A stretch of DNA of 64,000 nt from an uncultured Alphaproteobacteria bacterium. Lineage in GTDB: Bacteria; Electryoneota; RPQS01. The notes under the pieces were generated by a model. That model made no database searches, was not told the DNA's origin, and worked only from the letters and a program-made list of their open reading frames with translations. The stretch lies in NCBI GenBank assembly GCA_964444755.1, contig CAYUIF010000016.1, positions 5,902 through 69,901 of the forward strand, read 5' to 3'. The translations under genes were made by a program, and so were the position numbers. The stretch's first letter is position 1; the number at the start of each line of letters is the position of its first letter. This document shows positions 1 to 9,349 of this stretch, piece after piece.

Positions 1-588
1 GAGGCGGACAATCCCGAAGTGACCTATCAGCCGATGCTTTGCCAGCATTGCGAGAATGCGCCCTGCGAAACGGTCTGTCCGGTCATCGCCACCATGCACA
101 ATGAAGAAGGACTGAATCAGCAGATTTATAACCGCTGCGTAGGCACGCGCTACTGTTCCAATAACTGTCCGTATAAAGTGCGCCGCTTCAATTGGCATGA
201 ATTCTCCCTGACCGCTTATAACGAGCATCCGCTGCAATTGGTTCTGAATCCCGAAGTGACCGTGCGCGAGAAGGGCGTCATGGAAAAGTGCACCTTCTGC
301 GTGCAGCGGATTCGCGAAGGCAAGGATAAAGCCAAGCAGATGGGCCGCCCCGTTCGCGATGACGACATCGTCACCGCCTGTCAGCAAACTTGTCCGACCG
401 ATGCTATCACCTTCGGCAACATTAATAATCCCGAAAGCCACGCGGCGCACGCCATGAAAGACGAACGCAGCTATCGCGTGCTTGACATGCTGGGAGTGAA
501 ACCGTCCATCGCCTACCAAACGAAAATTCGCAATCGTCCGCCGCGCGCGGGAGCGGATCACCATGACGGGGAGGGACATCACGCATGA
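1..588 (+). CDS. actB: Alternative complex III subunit ActB, C-terminal 4Fe-4S ferredoxin domain (5' partial, continues upstream of window)
   Basis: Frame-1 ORF is open from nt 1. Four Cys clusters ([43 protein letters not shown]) typical of the PsrB/NrfC-like FeS domain. Followed by NrfD-like actC with ATGA start/stop overlap. Confidence 0.75.
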   Translation, partial: EADNPEVTYQPMLCQHCENAPCETVCPVIATMHNEEGLNQQIYNRCVGTRYCSNNCPYKVRRFNWHEFSLTAYNEHPLQLVLNPEVTVREKGVMEKCTFCVQRIREGKDKAKQMGRPVRDDDIVTACQQTCPTDAITFGNINNPESHAAHAMKDERSYRVLDMLGVKPSIAYQTKIRNRPPRAGADHHDGEGHHA

Positions 589-1985
589 CCGTTCGCGCTG
601 ATGCATTGCCCGCCGATACGAAAGCCATCTTTCCGCCCGACAACGCGCTAAGTGACGATTTGCGCCTGCACGATATCACGAAGGAAGTTATCGCTCCCAT
701 GGAGCGGTTTCCTTCGACGGGATGGTGGATTGCCTTTCTGACCGCCACCGGATTGCTGGGTGTCGGCATCATTACGATCTATTTGCTCTTGGTCAAAGGG
801 CAGGGCATTTTCGGCTTGCAGATTCCGGTGGGCTGGGCCTTTGATATCACCAACTTCGTATTCTGGGTGGGAATCGGCCACGCGGGAACGCTGATCTCGG
901 CGATTCTGTTTCTGCTGCGGCAGAAGTGGAGAACCGCCGTCAACCGCAGCGCCGAAGCCATGACCATCTTTGCGGTGATGACCGCCGGGATCTTTCCGCT
1001 CTTGCACACCGGACGGCAATGGCTGGCGTTTTTCCTGTTCCCGTATCCCAATCATCGGCTGTTGTGGGTGAACTTCCGCTCGCCGCTGTTGTGGGACGTG
1101 TTCGCGGTCTCCACCTATTTGACGATTTCGCTGCTGTTCTGGTACACGGGACTGGTTCCCGATTTCGCCACCATTCGTGACCGCGCCAAATCGCTGTTCC
1201 GCAAAAAGCTCTTCAATATTCTCTCGCTGGGCTGGACGGGTTCGATGCGGAATTGGAACCACTACGAAAAGGCCTATCTATTGTTCGCCGGAAGTGCCAC
1301 AGCTTTAGTGCTGTCGGTGCATACCGTCGTTTCGTACGACTTTGCCTCCTCGATAATTCCCGGCTGGCATACCACACTGTTCCCGCCGTACTTCGTGGCC
1401 GGGGCGATTTTTTCCGGATTTGCGATGGTGGTGACCTTGCTGGTGATCGTGCGCAAGCTGTTCCATATGGAGCATTTGATCACCATGCGCCACCTCGAAC
1501 TCATGAACAAGATCATTCTGGTCACGGGTTTGATGGTGGGCTTTTCCTATTGTACCGAATTCTTCGTGGCCTGGTACAGCGAGAATCCGTTCGAGCAATA
1601 CGTGTTTCTGAACCGCGCGTTCGGACCGTTCGCGTGGGCGTTCTGGATCATGTTCATTTGCAACGCCGTCGTGCCGCAAGTTTTTTTCTTTAAGAAGGCG
1701 CGAACCTCGCTGCCGATCATGTTCGTGGTGTCGCTGCTGGTCAATGTCGGCATGTGGTTCGAACGCTTCAATATCATCGTTACCTCGCTGCACCGCGACT
1801 TCCTGCCGTCCAGTTGGGATACGTTCATTCCCACGATTTTCGATTTCGGCTGGACTATCGGCGCGTTCGGCTTGTTCTTTACGCTGTTCCTGCTGTTCGT
1901 CCGCTTCTTCCCGATTATCGCCATGGCGGAAATGAAGGGCACCTTGCCCAATCCGGTGGGGAAAGGAGGGGCGCATCATGGCTAA
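585..1985 (+). CDS. actC: Alternative complex III subunit ActC (NrfD/PsrC-like polytopic membrane quinol-binding subunit)
   Basis: 466 aa, multiple TM helices, NrfD-family signature. Lies between FeS subunit and DUF3341 gene in canonical ACIII order. Confidence 0.8.
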   Translation: MTVRADALPADTKAIFPPDNALSDDLRLHDITKEVIAPMERFPSTGWWIAFLTATGLLGVGIITIYLLLVKGQGIFGLQIPVGWAFDITNFVFWVGIGHAGTLISAILFLLRQKWRTAVNRSAEAMTIFAVMTAGIFPLLHTGRQWLAFFLFPYPNHRLLWVNFRSPLLWDVFAVSTYLTISLLFWYTGLVPDFATIRDRAKSLFRKKLFNILSLGWTGSMRNWNHYEKAYLLFAGSATALVLSVHTVVSYDFASSIIPGWHTTLFPPYFVAGAIFSGFAMVVTLLVIVRKLFHMEHLITMRHLELMNKIILVTGLMVGFSYCTEFFVAWYSENPFEQYVFLNRAFGPFAWAFWIMFICNAVVPQVFFFKKARTSLPIMFVVSLLVNVGMWFERFNIIVTSLHRDFLPSSWDTFIPTIFDFGWTIGAFGLFFTLFLLFVRFFPIIAMAEMKGTLPNPVGKGGAHHG

Positions 1986-2502
1986 GTTTGTACCGCGCGA
2001 CGCCGTGCTCGGTTTCTTCAGCGATCCCGATGCCATTTTGCACGCGGCGGATCATGCCCGGCAAAAAGGCTGGCGGGGATTGGATGCCATCACGCCCTAT
2101 CCCGTGCACGGCATGGAACACGCGCTGGGTTTGAAAAATTCCTGGGTGCCGTGGGTAACGCTCATTGCGGGATTCTCCGGAGGCATTTTAGGATTCATTT
2201 TCCAAGTGTGGACCTCGGCGGTGGATTGGCCGATCAATATCGGCGGCAAACCGTTCGTATCGTGGCCTGCGTTCGTGCCGGTGATGTTCGAATGCGCGAT
2301 TCTCATCGGCGGCATTGCGACGTTCATCGCGTTGTGGATGGCCTGCAAACTGCCGAATTCCCGGCCGAAGATTCACGACGAGCGCCTCACCGATAACCGG
2401 TTTGCATTGGTGGTGCCGCTAATGGATGGCGCGGCGGAACAAGAGATAACGGAATTTTTGAAGGGAGCGGGAGCGGATGAAGTACGCCGCGTGGATCTGT
2501 AG
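1978..2502 (+). CDS. actD: Alternative complex III subunit ActD (DUF3341 membrane protein)
   Basis: 174 aa, two TM helices, DUF3341-like sequence. Overlaps actC by 8 nt. Confidence 0.7.
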   Translation: MAKFVPRDAVLGFFSDPDAILHAADHARQKGWRGLDAITPYPVHGMEHALGLKNSWVPWVTLIAGFSGGILGFIFQVWTSAVDWPINIGGKPFVSWPAFVPVMFECAILIGGIATFIALWMACKLPNSRPKIHDERLTDNRFALVVPLMDGAAEQEITEFLKGAGADEVRRVDL

Positions 2503-3103
2503 TCTGCTCATGGCGGCAACGCTGCTCGGCGGCTGCAAGACCAAGTCGCAGCCGTTGGTGGAATATATGCCCGATATGTATCACCAAATCTCCGTGCGCG
2601 CACAGGAATACGATCCCACCGCGCCGGGTGGCGTGGGTATGCGACAGCCCGTGGCCGGAACCGTGGCGCGCGGCTACGAGCCGTATCCGTATACTTTTGC
2701 CGATTCCCTTTTGGCCGATCAGATGGTCAATCCGCTCTTGCCGACGCAGGACGTTTTGGAGACCGGGCGGAAGTACTTCGATACCTACTGCATTGTCTGC
2801 CACGGTGCGCGGGGCGACGGTCACGGCTATATTATTCCCAAGTTCACTCAGCCGCCGTCGCTCTACAGCGAGAAATTACTCAACTGGACGGATGGGCGAA
2901 TCTATCATACGATCACCCTCGGTCAAGGTCTCATGAACAGTTACGCCACACAGTTGCTGCCCGAACAGCGCTGGGCGGTCGTGCATTATGTGCGAGCCTT
3001 GCAGCGCGCGGCTTATCCCACCGCTGACGATTTGCAGGCGGCGAAGGATAGCACTTTTACCATGGAAAGCGATTTGCCGGATACGGCCAAGAAGGCACAA
3101 TAA
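2477..3103 (+). CDS. actE: Alternative complex III subunit ActE (monoheme cytochrome c lipoprotein)
   Basis: Lipoprotein signal (LLGGC), single CIVCH heme motif, position in operon. Confidence 0.75.
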   Translation: MKYAAWICSLLMAATLLGGCKTKSQPLVEYMPDMYHQISVRAQEYDPTAPGGVGMRQPVAGTVARGYEPYPYTFADSLLADQMVNPLLPTQDVLETGRKYFDTYCIVCHGARGDGHGYIIPKFTQPPSLYSEKLLNWTDGRIYHTITLGQGLMNSYATQLLPEQRWAVVHYVRALQRAAYPTADDLQAAKDSTFTMESDLPDTAKKAQ

Positions 3104-3112
3104 CGAATTCCT

Positions 3113-4303
3113 ATGCATCATCCAGCCATCACTCAGATCGATAATCCGGGACCGGTTGCCCTCGCGGCGCGCTGGAAAACGGTTTTCATTGCCGCCACCG
3201 GCATCGGCGTACTTGCCTTCGTGTTGGGCGTGGTGACTGATCCGGCGCGGGCCTGGCATAACTATCTGATTGACTATTTCATGTTTTTATGCTTCGGGCT
3301 GTTCGGTTTGTTCTTTACCGCAGTTCATCATGCGGTCAATGCCAAGTGGTGGATCGTCGCTCGCCGTGTGGCCGAGGGCTTCACCGCTTATCTGCCGCTG
3401 GCGCTGATTCTGTTTATCGGAATCATCGCCGGTGCGCGCGATGTCTATCCGTGGGCATCGGGACTGATCACGGGCGCTCCCGGCAAGTTCACGTGGCTGT
3501 CGCTGCCGTGGTTTGCCGTTCGTTATGTCGTGATTTTGGCGATTTGGATTTTGCTGGCACGCAAACTTCTATCATTATCGTTGAAGCAGGATCAAACCGG
3601 CGATCCGTGGCTATCACGGAAAATGATCAATTGGTCCATCATCACGCTGCCGATCTTCGCCGGAACCTTCTCGCTGGCTTGTTTCGATATGCTCATGAGC
3701 CTCCAGCCGAAGTGGTATTCCACGTTGTTTGCGGTATACGGTTTCGCGGGGTTATTCCAAAGCGGTGTAGCGCTGCTGATTATCGTGTTCGTGCTGCTGA
3801 AGCGGCAGGGCGCGCTGGCGCAGGTGGCCACGCCGTCTCACGTCAAGGACTTGGGAACGTTGCTGTTTGCCTTCACGATCTTTATGACCTATATCGGCTT
3901 TTCCCAATACATGCTGATTTGGTACGCGAATATCCCCGAAGAAACGATTTTCTACATCCACCGTCAGGAAAACGGCTGGGAATATCTGTTTATCGCGCTG
4001 CCGATTCTGAAATTCGCCATTCCGTTTTTAGGCTTATTGTCCCAGGCTTTCAAAAAGAGCGAAAACTGGCTGGTCACGATTTGCGTGGTGGTGATTCTTG
4101 GTCAGTTCGTGGATATCTACTGGCTGGTCATGCCGTCGCTCAGCGACGTGATTATTCCCATCGGCTGGATGGAAGTGGGAGTGTTCCTCATGTTCGCGGG
4201 AATCTTTGCGCTATCGGTATCGCGATTCTATTCCCGGCATTCGGTGCTGGCGGTCAATGATCCGCGCATCTTGGAGAGTGTTAACTGGAGGTTCTGGGAA
4301 TAA
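3113..4303 (+). CDS. actF: Alternative complex III subunit ActF (second NrfD-like membrane subunit)
   Basis: 396 aa polytopic membrane protein, paralogous to ActC. RBS-less tight spacing within operon. Confidence 0.75.
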   Translation: MHHPAITQIDNPGPVALAARWKTVFIAATGIGVLAFVLGVVTDPARAWHNYLIDYFMFLCFGLFGLFFTAVHHAVNAKWWIVARRVAEGFTAYLPLALILFIGIIAGARDVYPWASGLITGAPGKFTWLSLPWFAVRYVVILAIWILLARKLLSLSLKQDQTGDPWLSRKMINWSIITLPIFAGTFSLACFDMLMSLQPKWYSTLFAVYGFAGLFQSGVALLIIVFVLLKRQGALAQVATPSHVKDLGTLLFAFTIFMTYIGFSQYMLIWYANIPEETIFYIHRQENGWEYLFIALPILKFAIPFLGLLSQAFKKSENWLVTICVVVILGQFVDIYWLVMPSLSDVIIPIGWMEVGVFLMFAGIFALSVSRFYSRHSVLAVNDPRILESVNWRFWE

Positions 4304-5205
4304 TGCCGACTCCGTCCCGCTCCAAGCTGCCGGTTATTCTGCCGTGGCTGTTGTGTGTCGCCGTGGCGGTGGTGTGGCTGTATCGTGAAAATCATCTGGC
4401 CACACAGATCAAAACGCTGCAAGTTCAAGTAACGGCCGCTTCTGCTAATCAAGCTCCCGATTTGCGTGCGCTGGCGCAGGATGCCAGTCTGGCGGCGCGC
4501 GGGAAGGAATTGTATACGGCCAACTGCGCCACTTGTCACGGTACGAGCGGTCAAGGGGACGGACCGGCTTCGGCCACCATCAATCCCAAACCGCGCAAGT
4601 ATAAAACCGAGCCGTTTAAATTCGGTGACGACATCGCTTCGATTTATAATACGCTGATCAAGGGTTCTCCCGGTACGTCGATGCCGTCGTTTGCGCTGCT
4701 GCCGCCGCAAGACTTAATGGCCTTGGCGCATTACGTACGGACCTTTGTTCCCAATCCCACTCCCACGACTGAAGAAATCCTGGCGAAATTGCCCGCTTCC
4801 GCTTCGGCCGGCGGAGGATTATTGCCGGTGGCAGATACCGGACCGCGTATTCCCATTAAGCTCGCGATGGAGCGTTTGGCACAACCGGCTCCTGCACAAC
4901 CTGCCGCCGCGGCGATAAATTCGGAATTGCCCGGTGCAGAGCTGTACTTGAACCGCTGCGCGATGTGCCATGGTCATAAGGGAGAGGGTTTGCCGCAACG
5001 TGCAATTGATGTTTATCCCTATCGCTATCAAACCACGCTCAGCTTAGCCGCCTCGCAAGCAGGCTGGAAGCACAACCGCAACCGCTTCAAAGAGATCGTT
5101 GTTCGTGGGCTGCCGGGCCATTCTATGCCGGGCAACGGAACTCTCACCGAACGGCAAGTGGATGACCTCTTTCAGTTTGTTTCTGCCTTAACTGCAATAC
5201 AGTAG
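4303..5205 (+). CDS. Membrane-anchored diheme c-type cytochrome (ACIII-associated electron acceptor)
   Basis: N-terminal TM anchor, two CxxCH motifs (CATCHG, CAMCHGHKG). ATG overlaps actF stop. Confidence 0.7.
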   Translation: MPTPSRSKLPVILPWLLCVAVAVVWLYRENHLATQIKTLQVQVTAASANQAPDLRALAQDASLAARGKELYTANCATCHGTSGQGDGPASATINPKPRKYKTEPFKFGDDIASIYNTLIKGSPGTSMPSFALLPPQDLMALAHYVRTFVPNPTPTTEEILAKLPASASAGGGLLPVADTGPRIPIKLAMERLAQPAPAQPAAAAINSELPGAELYLNRCAMCHGHKGEGLPQRAIDVYPYRYQTTLSLAASQAGWKHNRNRFKEIVVRGLPGHSMPGNGTLTERQVDDLFQFVSALTAIQ

Positions 5206-5212
5206 ATTGATT

Positions 5213-5244
5213 GGGGAGGTTGAAACCCTCCCCTTCTCTTTGTC
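5213..5244 (+). terminator. Rho-independent terminator after ACIII/cytochrome c operon
   Basis: GGGGAGG-tgaaac-CCTCCCC hairpin followed by ttctctttgtc. Confidence 0.6.
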
Positions 5245-5288
5245 GTATAATAGGAGTAATTAGATCTAATTATTGGAAAGGATTGCCC

Positions 5289-6077
5289 ATGAGGACGAGA
5301 TTAATTTCACTGGCAGCCCTGTGCGTTTTCATCATGAGCGCATCGGTATGGGCACTTGGTTACGGCGATGCAGCGCCGGACTTCACCCTGACCGATACCG
5401 ACGGACAGAGTCATACTCTGTCGGACTATCGCGATCAGGTCGTCTACCTGAATTTTTTCGGATGGTCGTGACCGGTCTGCCGGTCCCAGGGTGGGACCAT
5501 CGAATCGGAAATCCATCAGGTCTTTCAGGACCAAGCGTTTCAGATTTTCGGAATTGATCAATGGGACGGCGGGGTAGTCGGCTGTGAGAATTTCCGCGCT
5601 TTTACGGGAGTGACCTATCCGCTGCTGACGCTCGGCAGTAGCGTCGCGCAAGCGTACGGCGTAGACCGGCAATCGCTGGTCATTGACGGCGCAGGCATTA
5701 TTCGCTGGATCGGCGCGACCCACAGCTTGCCGATTGCGCAGATTCAGGATACGATCGAAACCTATTTAGCACGGTTATCCAATGATGATCTACCGCACGA
5801 TGCATTGCCTGGTGATTTCGGAATCAGTGCCGTTTATCCCAATCCGTTCAATGCTACCGTGCGGATCGAGATGGTTTTGCCGAATCTGAATCGCAACGCC
5901 CGGCTCGAAGTATTCGATGTTTCGGGAAGACAGGTTGCTGAATTTCCGATTAGCTCCAATTCCGCGGAAAGGCAAACCATTCTCTGGTCACCGCAGGGAA
6001 TTGCTTCGGGAAGATATTTTCTGTCACTGATCCATGATGATGGTCAGCAAACCGTTCCCTTAATCTTTCTGAAGTAG
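5289..6077 (+). CDS. Predicted selenoprotein: secreted thioredoxin-fold redoxin (AhpC/TSA-TlpA-like) with UxxC active site (TGA 5469..5471 read as Sec) and T9SS type-A C-terminal sorting domain
   Basis: ORFs 5211..5471 and 5610..6077 are in the same frame, separated only by TGA. Translation across it gives YLNFFGWS-U-PVC, i.e. the TGA sits at the first Cys of the WCxxC motif. Signal peptide MRTRLISLAALCVFIMSASVWA after RBS ggaaagg. Redoxin core (LVIDGAGIIRW). C-terminus has YPNPFNATVRIE...LIFLK CTD. SECIS-like hairpin lies 10 nt downstream of the TGA. Confidence 0.6.
5482..5498 (+). promoter_or_regulatory. Bacterial SECIS-like hairpin (GGUCCCA-GGG-UGGGACC) within coding sequence
   Basis: Perfect 6-7 bp stem with G-rich apical loop, starting 11 nt after the UGA A residue. 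This matches the spacing used by SelB-dependent bacterial SECIS elements. Confidence 0.5.
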
Positions 6078-6304
6078 CAAATTTTTTCTTTAATTTTAAC
6101 AGGAGGTTCTGCAAATGCAGGATTTCCTGTTTTTCTTTATTATTTTTAACTTGTTGAATATTATGCAGCACTAATTATTAGGATAAAGCGGTATTTTGTT
6201 GAAAAGGCTTGACATTTGCAATACATGAGGTTAGATTTAAGTATTCCATCTTTAGATCAACTTCTTAGGTAAAAGGGGTGGTCCGCCACCCCAGAGGAGG
6301 CACT

Positions 6305-8086
6305 ATGAAGACTGTGGGTCGTGCATCAGCGAGCGCTCTGGCGGTCGCATTTTTATTGGTCGTTAGTACGAACGCTTTTTCGCAGCCGCTGTTCGAAGAT
6401 GTTGCGCAGGATTTAGGGATTATGGATGTCATCGCCAATGCCTGCGATGTCTATTGGTATGATTACGATAATGATCAGGATCTGGATTTAATCGTGGCCC
6501 ATCGCTATGGATCTACGACCTATCTGTACCGCAACGATGGCGCACAATTCACGCGGTTGGATCACATCGGTTTGCCGGAGAACTGGGATGGCGGTATTGG
6601 TGGGGCGATGGATTTTGATCACGATGGTGATCTCGATCTGTACACCCGCTGCTATCACTCACCCAGCACGCTCTTGGTTTACCAAAATGGGGTGTTCACC
6701 GATTATACTTCGGAACTGGGTTTACCGTATGAAGCCGGAACCCGCGGCTGCCGCTGGGTGGACTTCGATCGCGACGGTTGGATGGACTTGCTGTGGGGTA
6801 GCGACTACACCGGTTTTCACCTGTATCGGAATTACAACGGCATTGCCTTTACGGATATTACCTCGGTCAGCCAATTGCCGAGTCTGAGCAGTTTTTCCGA
6901 GATTTGTGAGGCCGATGCCGACTTGGACGGCGATATTGATTTGTTCATGACCCGCACGAATGGCGACGATCATTTCTTCGTGAATCAGGGCAACGGCGTA
7001 TTTGTGGATTATACCGCGCCGGCGGGCTTGAATGCTGCCTGCGGGAAAATCGACTGCCGCTGGGTGGATATAGACCACGACAAATATCCCGACATTCTTA
7101 CGCAAGCCGTGGATCGTCATACGATCTGGCACAACAACGGCGATAATACCTTCACCGAGATGACCGTTCACGGAACCGAAACCGACTTCTCGGTAGCCGC
7201 ACCCTATGGTGCGACCTACACGATCGCTGATTTCGATATGGACGGGGATTATGATTTCTACGCGGTCCGTCCGGGCGGTTGTGGATCTGCGCCGGCATTG
7301 AATCAATTGTTCATTCAGGACAGCATCAATGGAACGGATGTTTGGTTCCACGACGCGGCTCCTGATTTCGGAATGAATATCCTGTCCAATGGATCGTCCT
7401 CGACTGCGGATATTGATGGAGACGGGGATTTGGATCTTACCGTATCAAATTCCAGTGGGCAAGTATTTGTGTTCCGCAACAACACAGTCAGTTCGAACTT
7501 CCTGCAAGTTCGCGTGCTGGGACCGAACGGCGAGCAGGATCGCTGGCATACCCGCATTGATTTGTGTCCTCACGGGTCACCAACCGTGCTCCGGTCATCC
7601 GAATTGAACAACTCCAATGTGGATCGCAACGGCTTTAATAACTATTTTGTGACCGATGCAAATTCCCACTACGATCTGCGGATTTATTTTGCCTGCGGCA
7701 CGGTGATGACGCCGGAAGAGTATCCGTATTTGGCGGACATCGTTCCGTCGGAAATCAATCACAAACTTACGGTCTATATGGGTAGTCCAACAGCGACTCC
7801 CGACCTGCCGAATCCCACAGTTGGTGAATTCCGTTTAAATGCGGCTTATCCGAATCCGTTCAATGCGATGACCACGATTTCCTATTCCGTGCCCAAGAGT
7901 GGACCGGCGCGGCTGGCGGTTTACAATATCGCCGGGCAGTTGGTGCGCGATTTGGTGAACGGAACGGTTACCGCCGGTAGTCACAATGTGTCTTACAATG
8001 CCGAAACGCAAACCTCCGGTATCTACTTCGTTCGCTTGGAAGCCGGCGAACAAATGGCTACGCAGAAAATCGTGCTGCTTAAGTAG
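6305..8086 (+). CDS. FG-GAP/VCBS repeat (CRTAC1/ASPIC-UnbV-like) secreted protein with T9SS C-terminal domain
   Basis: Signal peptide, repeated DxDxDGDxDL calcium-binding loops (DFDHDGDLDL, DFDRDGWMDL, DLDGDIDL). C-terminal YPNPFNAMTTISY...KIVLLK. RBS agaggagg. Confidence 0.7.
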   Translation: MKTVGRASASALAVAFLLVVSTNAFSQPLFEDVAQDLGIMDVIANACDVYWYDYDNDQDLDLIVAHRYGSTTYLYRNDGAQFTRLDHIGLPENWDGGIGGAMDFDHDGDLDLYTRCYHSPSTLLVYQNGVFTDYTSELGLPYEAGTRGCRWVDFDRDGWMDLLWGSDYTGFHLYRNYNGIAFTDITSVSQLPSLSSFSEICEADADLDGDIDLFMTRTNGDDHFFVNQGNGVFVDYTAPAGLNAACGKIDCRWVDIDHDKYPDILTQAVDRHTIWHNNGDNTFTEMTVHGTETDFSVAAPYGATYTIADFDMDGDYDFYAVRPGGCGSAPALNQLFIQDSINGTDVWFHDAAPDFGMNILSNGSSSTADIDGDGDLDLTVSNSSGQVFVFRNNTVSSNFLQVRVLGPNGEQDRWHTRIDLCPHGSPTVLRSSELNNSNVDRNGFNNYFVTDANSHYDLRIYFACGTVMTPEEYPYLADIVPSEINHKLTVYMGSPTATPDLPNPTVGEFRLNAAYPNPFNAMTTISYSVPKSGPARLAVYNIAGQLVRDLVNGTVTAGSHNVSYNAETQTSGIYFVRLEAGEQMATQKIVLLK

Positions 8087-8107
8087 CTGCGGCAATATCG
8101 AAAAATG

Positions 8108-8141
8108 AAAGCGGGTCCGAAGTTCGGACCCGCTTTTTTAT
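8108..8141. terminator. Bidirectional Rho-independent terminator between convergent genes
   Basis: GCGGGTCCGaagtTCGGACCCGC hairpin flanked by A-tract upstream and TTTTTTA downstream. Confidence 0.7.
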
Positions 8142-8158
8142 TCGGATGATTTAAACTT

Positions 8159-8839
8159 TCAATGACAACAGGTGTGCCCGGTGGTGGCCGCCATGATGCC
8201 CACGATCCCCCGCCAGATCAGTACAATCGCCGTTAAACCTAATACGACTTCTCCGGCAATCGTTCCGAACCGGTTCCACTTTTGCGGGAGAATCCGCATC
8301 ACCGCACCCACCCCGATCAACGCGGGCGATGTGCCGATACCGAAGGCTTGCATGAGTGCCATTCCCGCCAGCGGTTCCGCCGCCGCCGCACTGCGTGCCA
8401 CCATCGCATAAAGCAGGCCGCACGGCAATAGCGCCGCGCCGATGCCTAAAAAGAGCGGAGCCCGGTTTCCGGTTTTCATGGAGAACTTGGCCAAGGCGGT
8501 GGAAATCTTGCTCAACCCTGATCCGGCGGTTTTCAGCCGCAACAGAATGATTGCCGCCAGCATCAGGATCCCGCCGCCGATGGAAACGTAAGCCGTGGCC
8601 CGTTCCAGTACGCCCGTGGCCACAAACGCCGCTCCGACTGCCCCCGCCAATAGCCCCAACACCGAGTAGCTGCCCAGCTTGCCGATGGCAAACAGCCACG
8701 GCCCCCACGCCGTGGAACGCGCCAAGCTTGAACGGCAGCCCAATGTGACCAGTGGGCCGCACATGCCGATGCAGTGCAGCGAACCGAACAATCCGGCGAT
8801 AAACGCGCCGCCCATCGCCGCTGCGAATTCGGGTGTCAT
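8159..8839 (-). CDS. DsbD_2/TauE-SafE-like membrane protein associated with cbb3 oxidase assembly
   Basis: 226 aa polytopic membrane protein with HCIGMCGP motif. Terminal gene of the cco biogenesis operon. Confidence 0.55.
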   Translation of the reverse strand: MTPEFAAAMGGAFIAGLFGSLHCIGMCGPLVTLGCRSSLARSTAWGPWLFAIGKLGSYSVLGLLAGAVGAAFVATGVLERATAYVSIGGGILMLAAIILLRLKTAGSGLSKISTALAKFSMKTGNRAPLFLGIGAALLPCGLLYAMVARSAAAAEPLAGMALMQAFGIGTSPALIGVGAVMRILPQKWNRFGTIAGEVVLGLTAIVLIWRGIVGIMAATTGHTCCH

Positions 8840-8842
8840 AAT

Positions 8843-9334
8843 TTAGTCCACGAAGAAACTGATGCGTTTTGAATAAGCTTGTCGGTCGCGCTTCAGATCC
8901 ACTTGCGCCTGCCATGCGCCGCGTTCCAGCGCGTGCGGCAAATAGATCAGATAGCGTCCGGTGCCCACATATTGAATGGGCAGCGGCGCCCGATCCAGCG
9001 TTTTATCCGAAGGACGATAAAAGCCGACCTGTCCCGCCAGCGAATCGCAGGGCGTGCCGGAAGCTTCCTTAACCGTTAACTCGGCCAACGGCATATCGGC
9101 TTGCTCCAGCGGCAGCGACCGAATCGTCACGGTCCACCCGGTGGCTTGACTGGCCGCGTCGCGCTCGGTAATCTCCTTGAGATTGTAGCCTTCCGCATAA
9201 TAGTTTTCGCTGACCAATTGCGGACGATTCCGGAACGCCACCGTTACAAACGCGATATTGATGGCAATGAAGACCACCATCGCCGCCGTCAATCCCACCG
9301 GCCAAATCGTGTCCTTGCTGAACAATCTTTTCAT
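8843..9334 (-). CDS. ccoH: cbb3 oxidase assembly protein CcoH/FixH
   Basis: 163 aa, N-terminal TM helix, FixH-like sequence, position after ccoG. Confidence 0.7.
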   Translation of the reverse strand: MKRLFSKDTIWPVGLTAAMVVFIAINIAFVTVAFRNRPQLVSENYYAEGYNLKEITERDAASQATGWTVTIRSLPLEQADMPLAELTVKEASGTPCDSLAGQVGFYRPSDKTLDRAPLPIQYVGTGRYLIYLPHALERGAWQAQVDLKRDRQAYSKRISFFVD

Positions 9335-9349
9335 CGTTGCTCTCGATTT

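Noticed and set aside
3289-4260. Long alternative-frame or antisense ORFs inside ACIII, PDH, cco and protease genes (also 18269..19381, 20749..22011, 11654..12418, 12513..13370, 26957..27925, 51790..52506)
   Set aside because: Arg/Gly/His-rich translations typical of off-frame reading in high-GC DNA. Each overlaps a gene with clear homology-based identity.
5469-5471. In-frame TGA interpreted as a nonsense mutation or pseudogene split of the redoxin gene
   Set aside because: The stop falls exactly on the first Cys codon of the WCxxC motif. A SECIS-like hairpin follows at canonical spacing, and the downstream frame stays intact through a full redoxin core and T9SS CTD. Selenocysteine recoding is the more parsimonious reading, though confirmation needs the sel genes.
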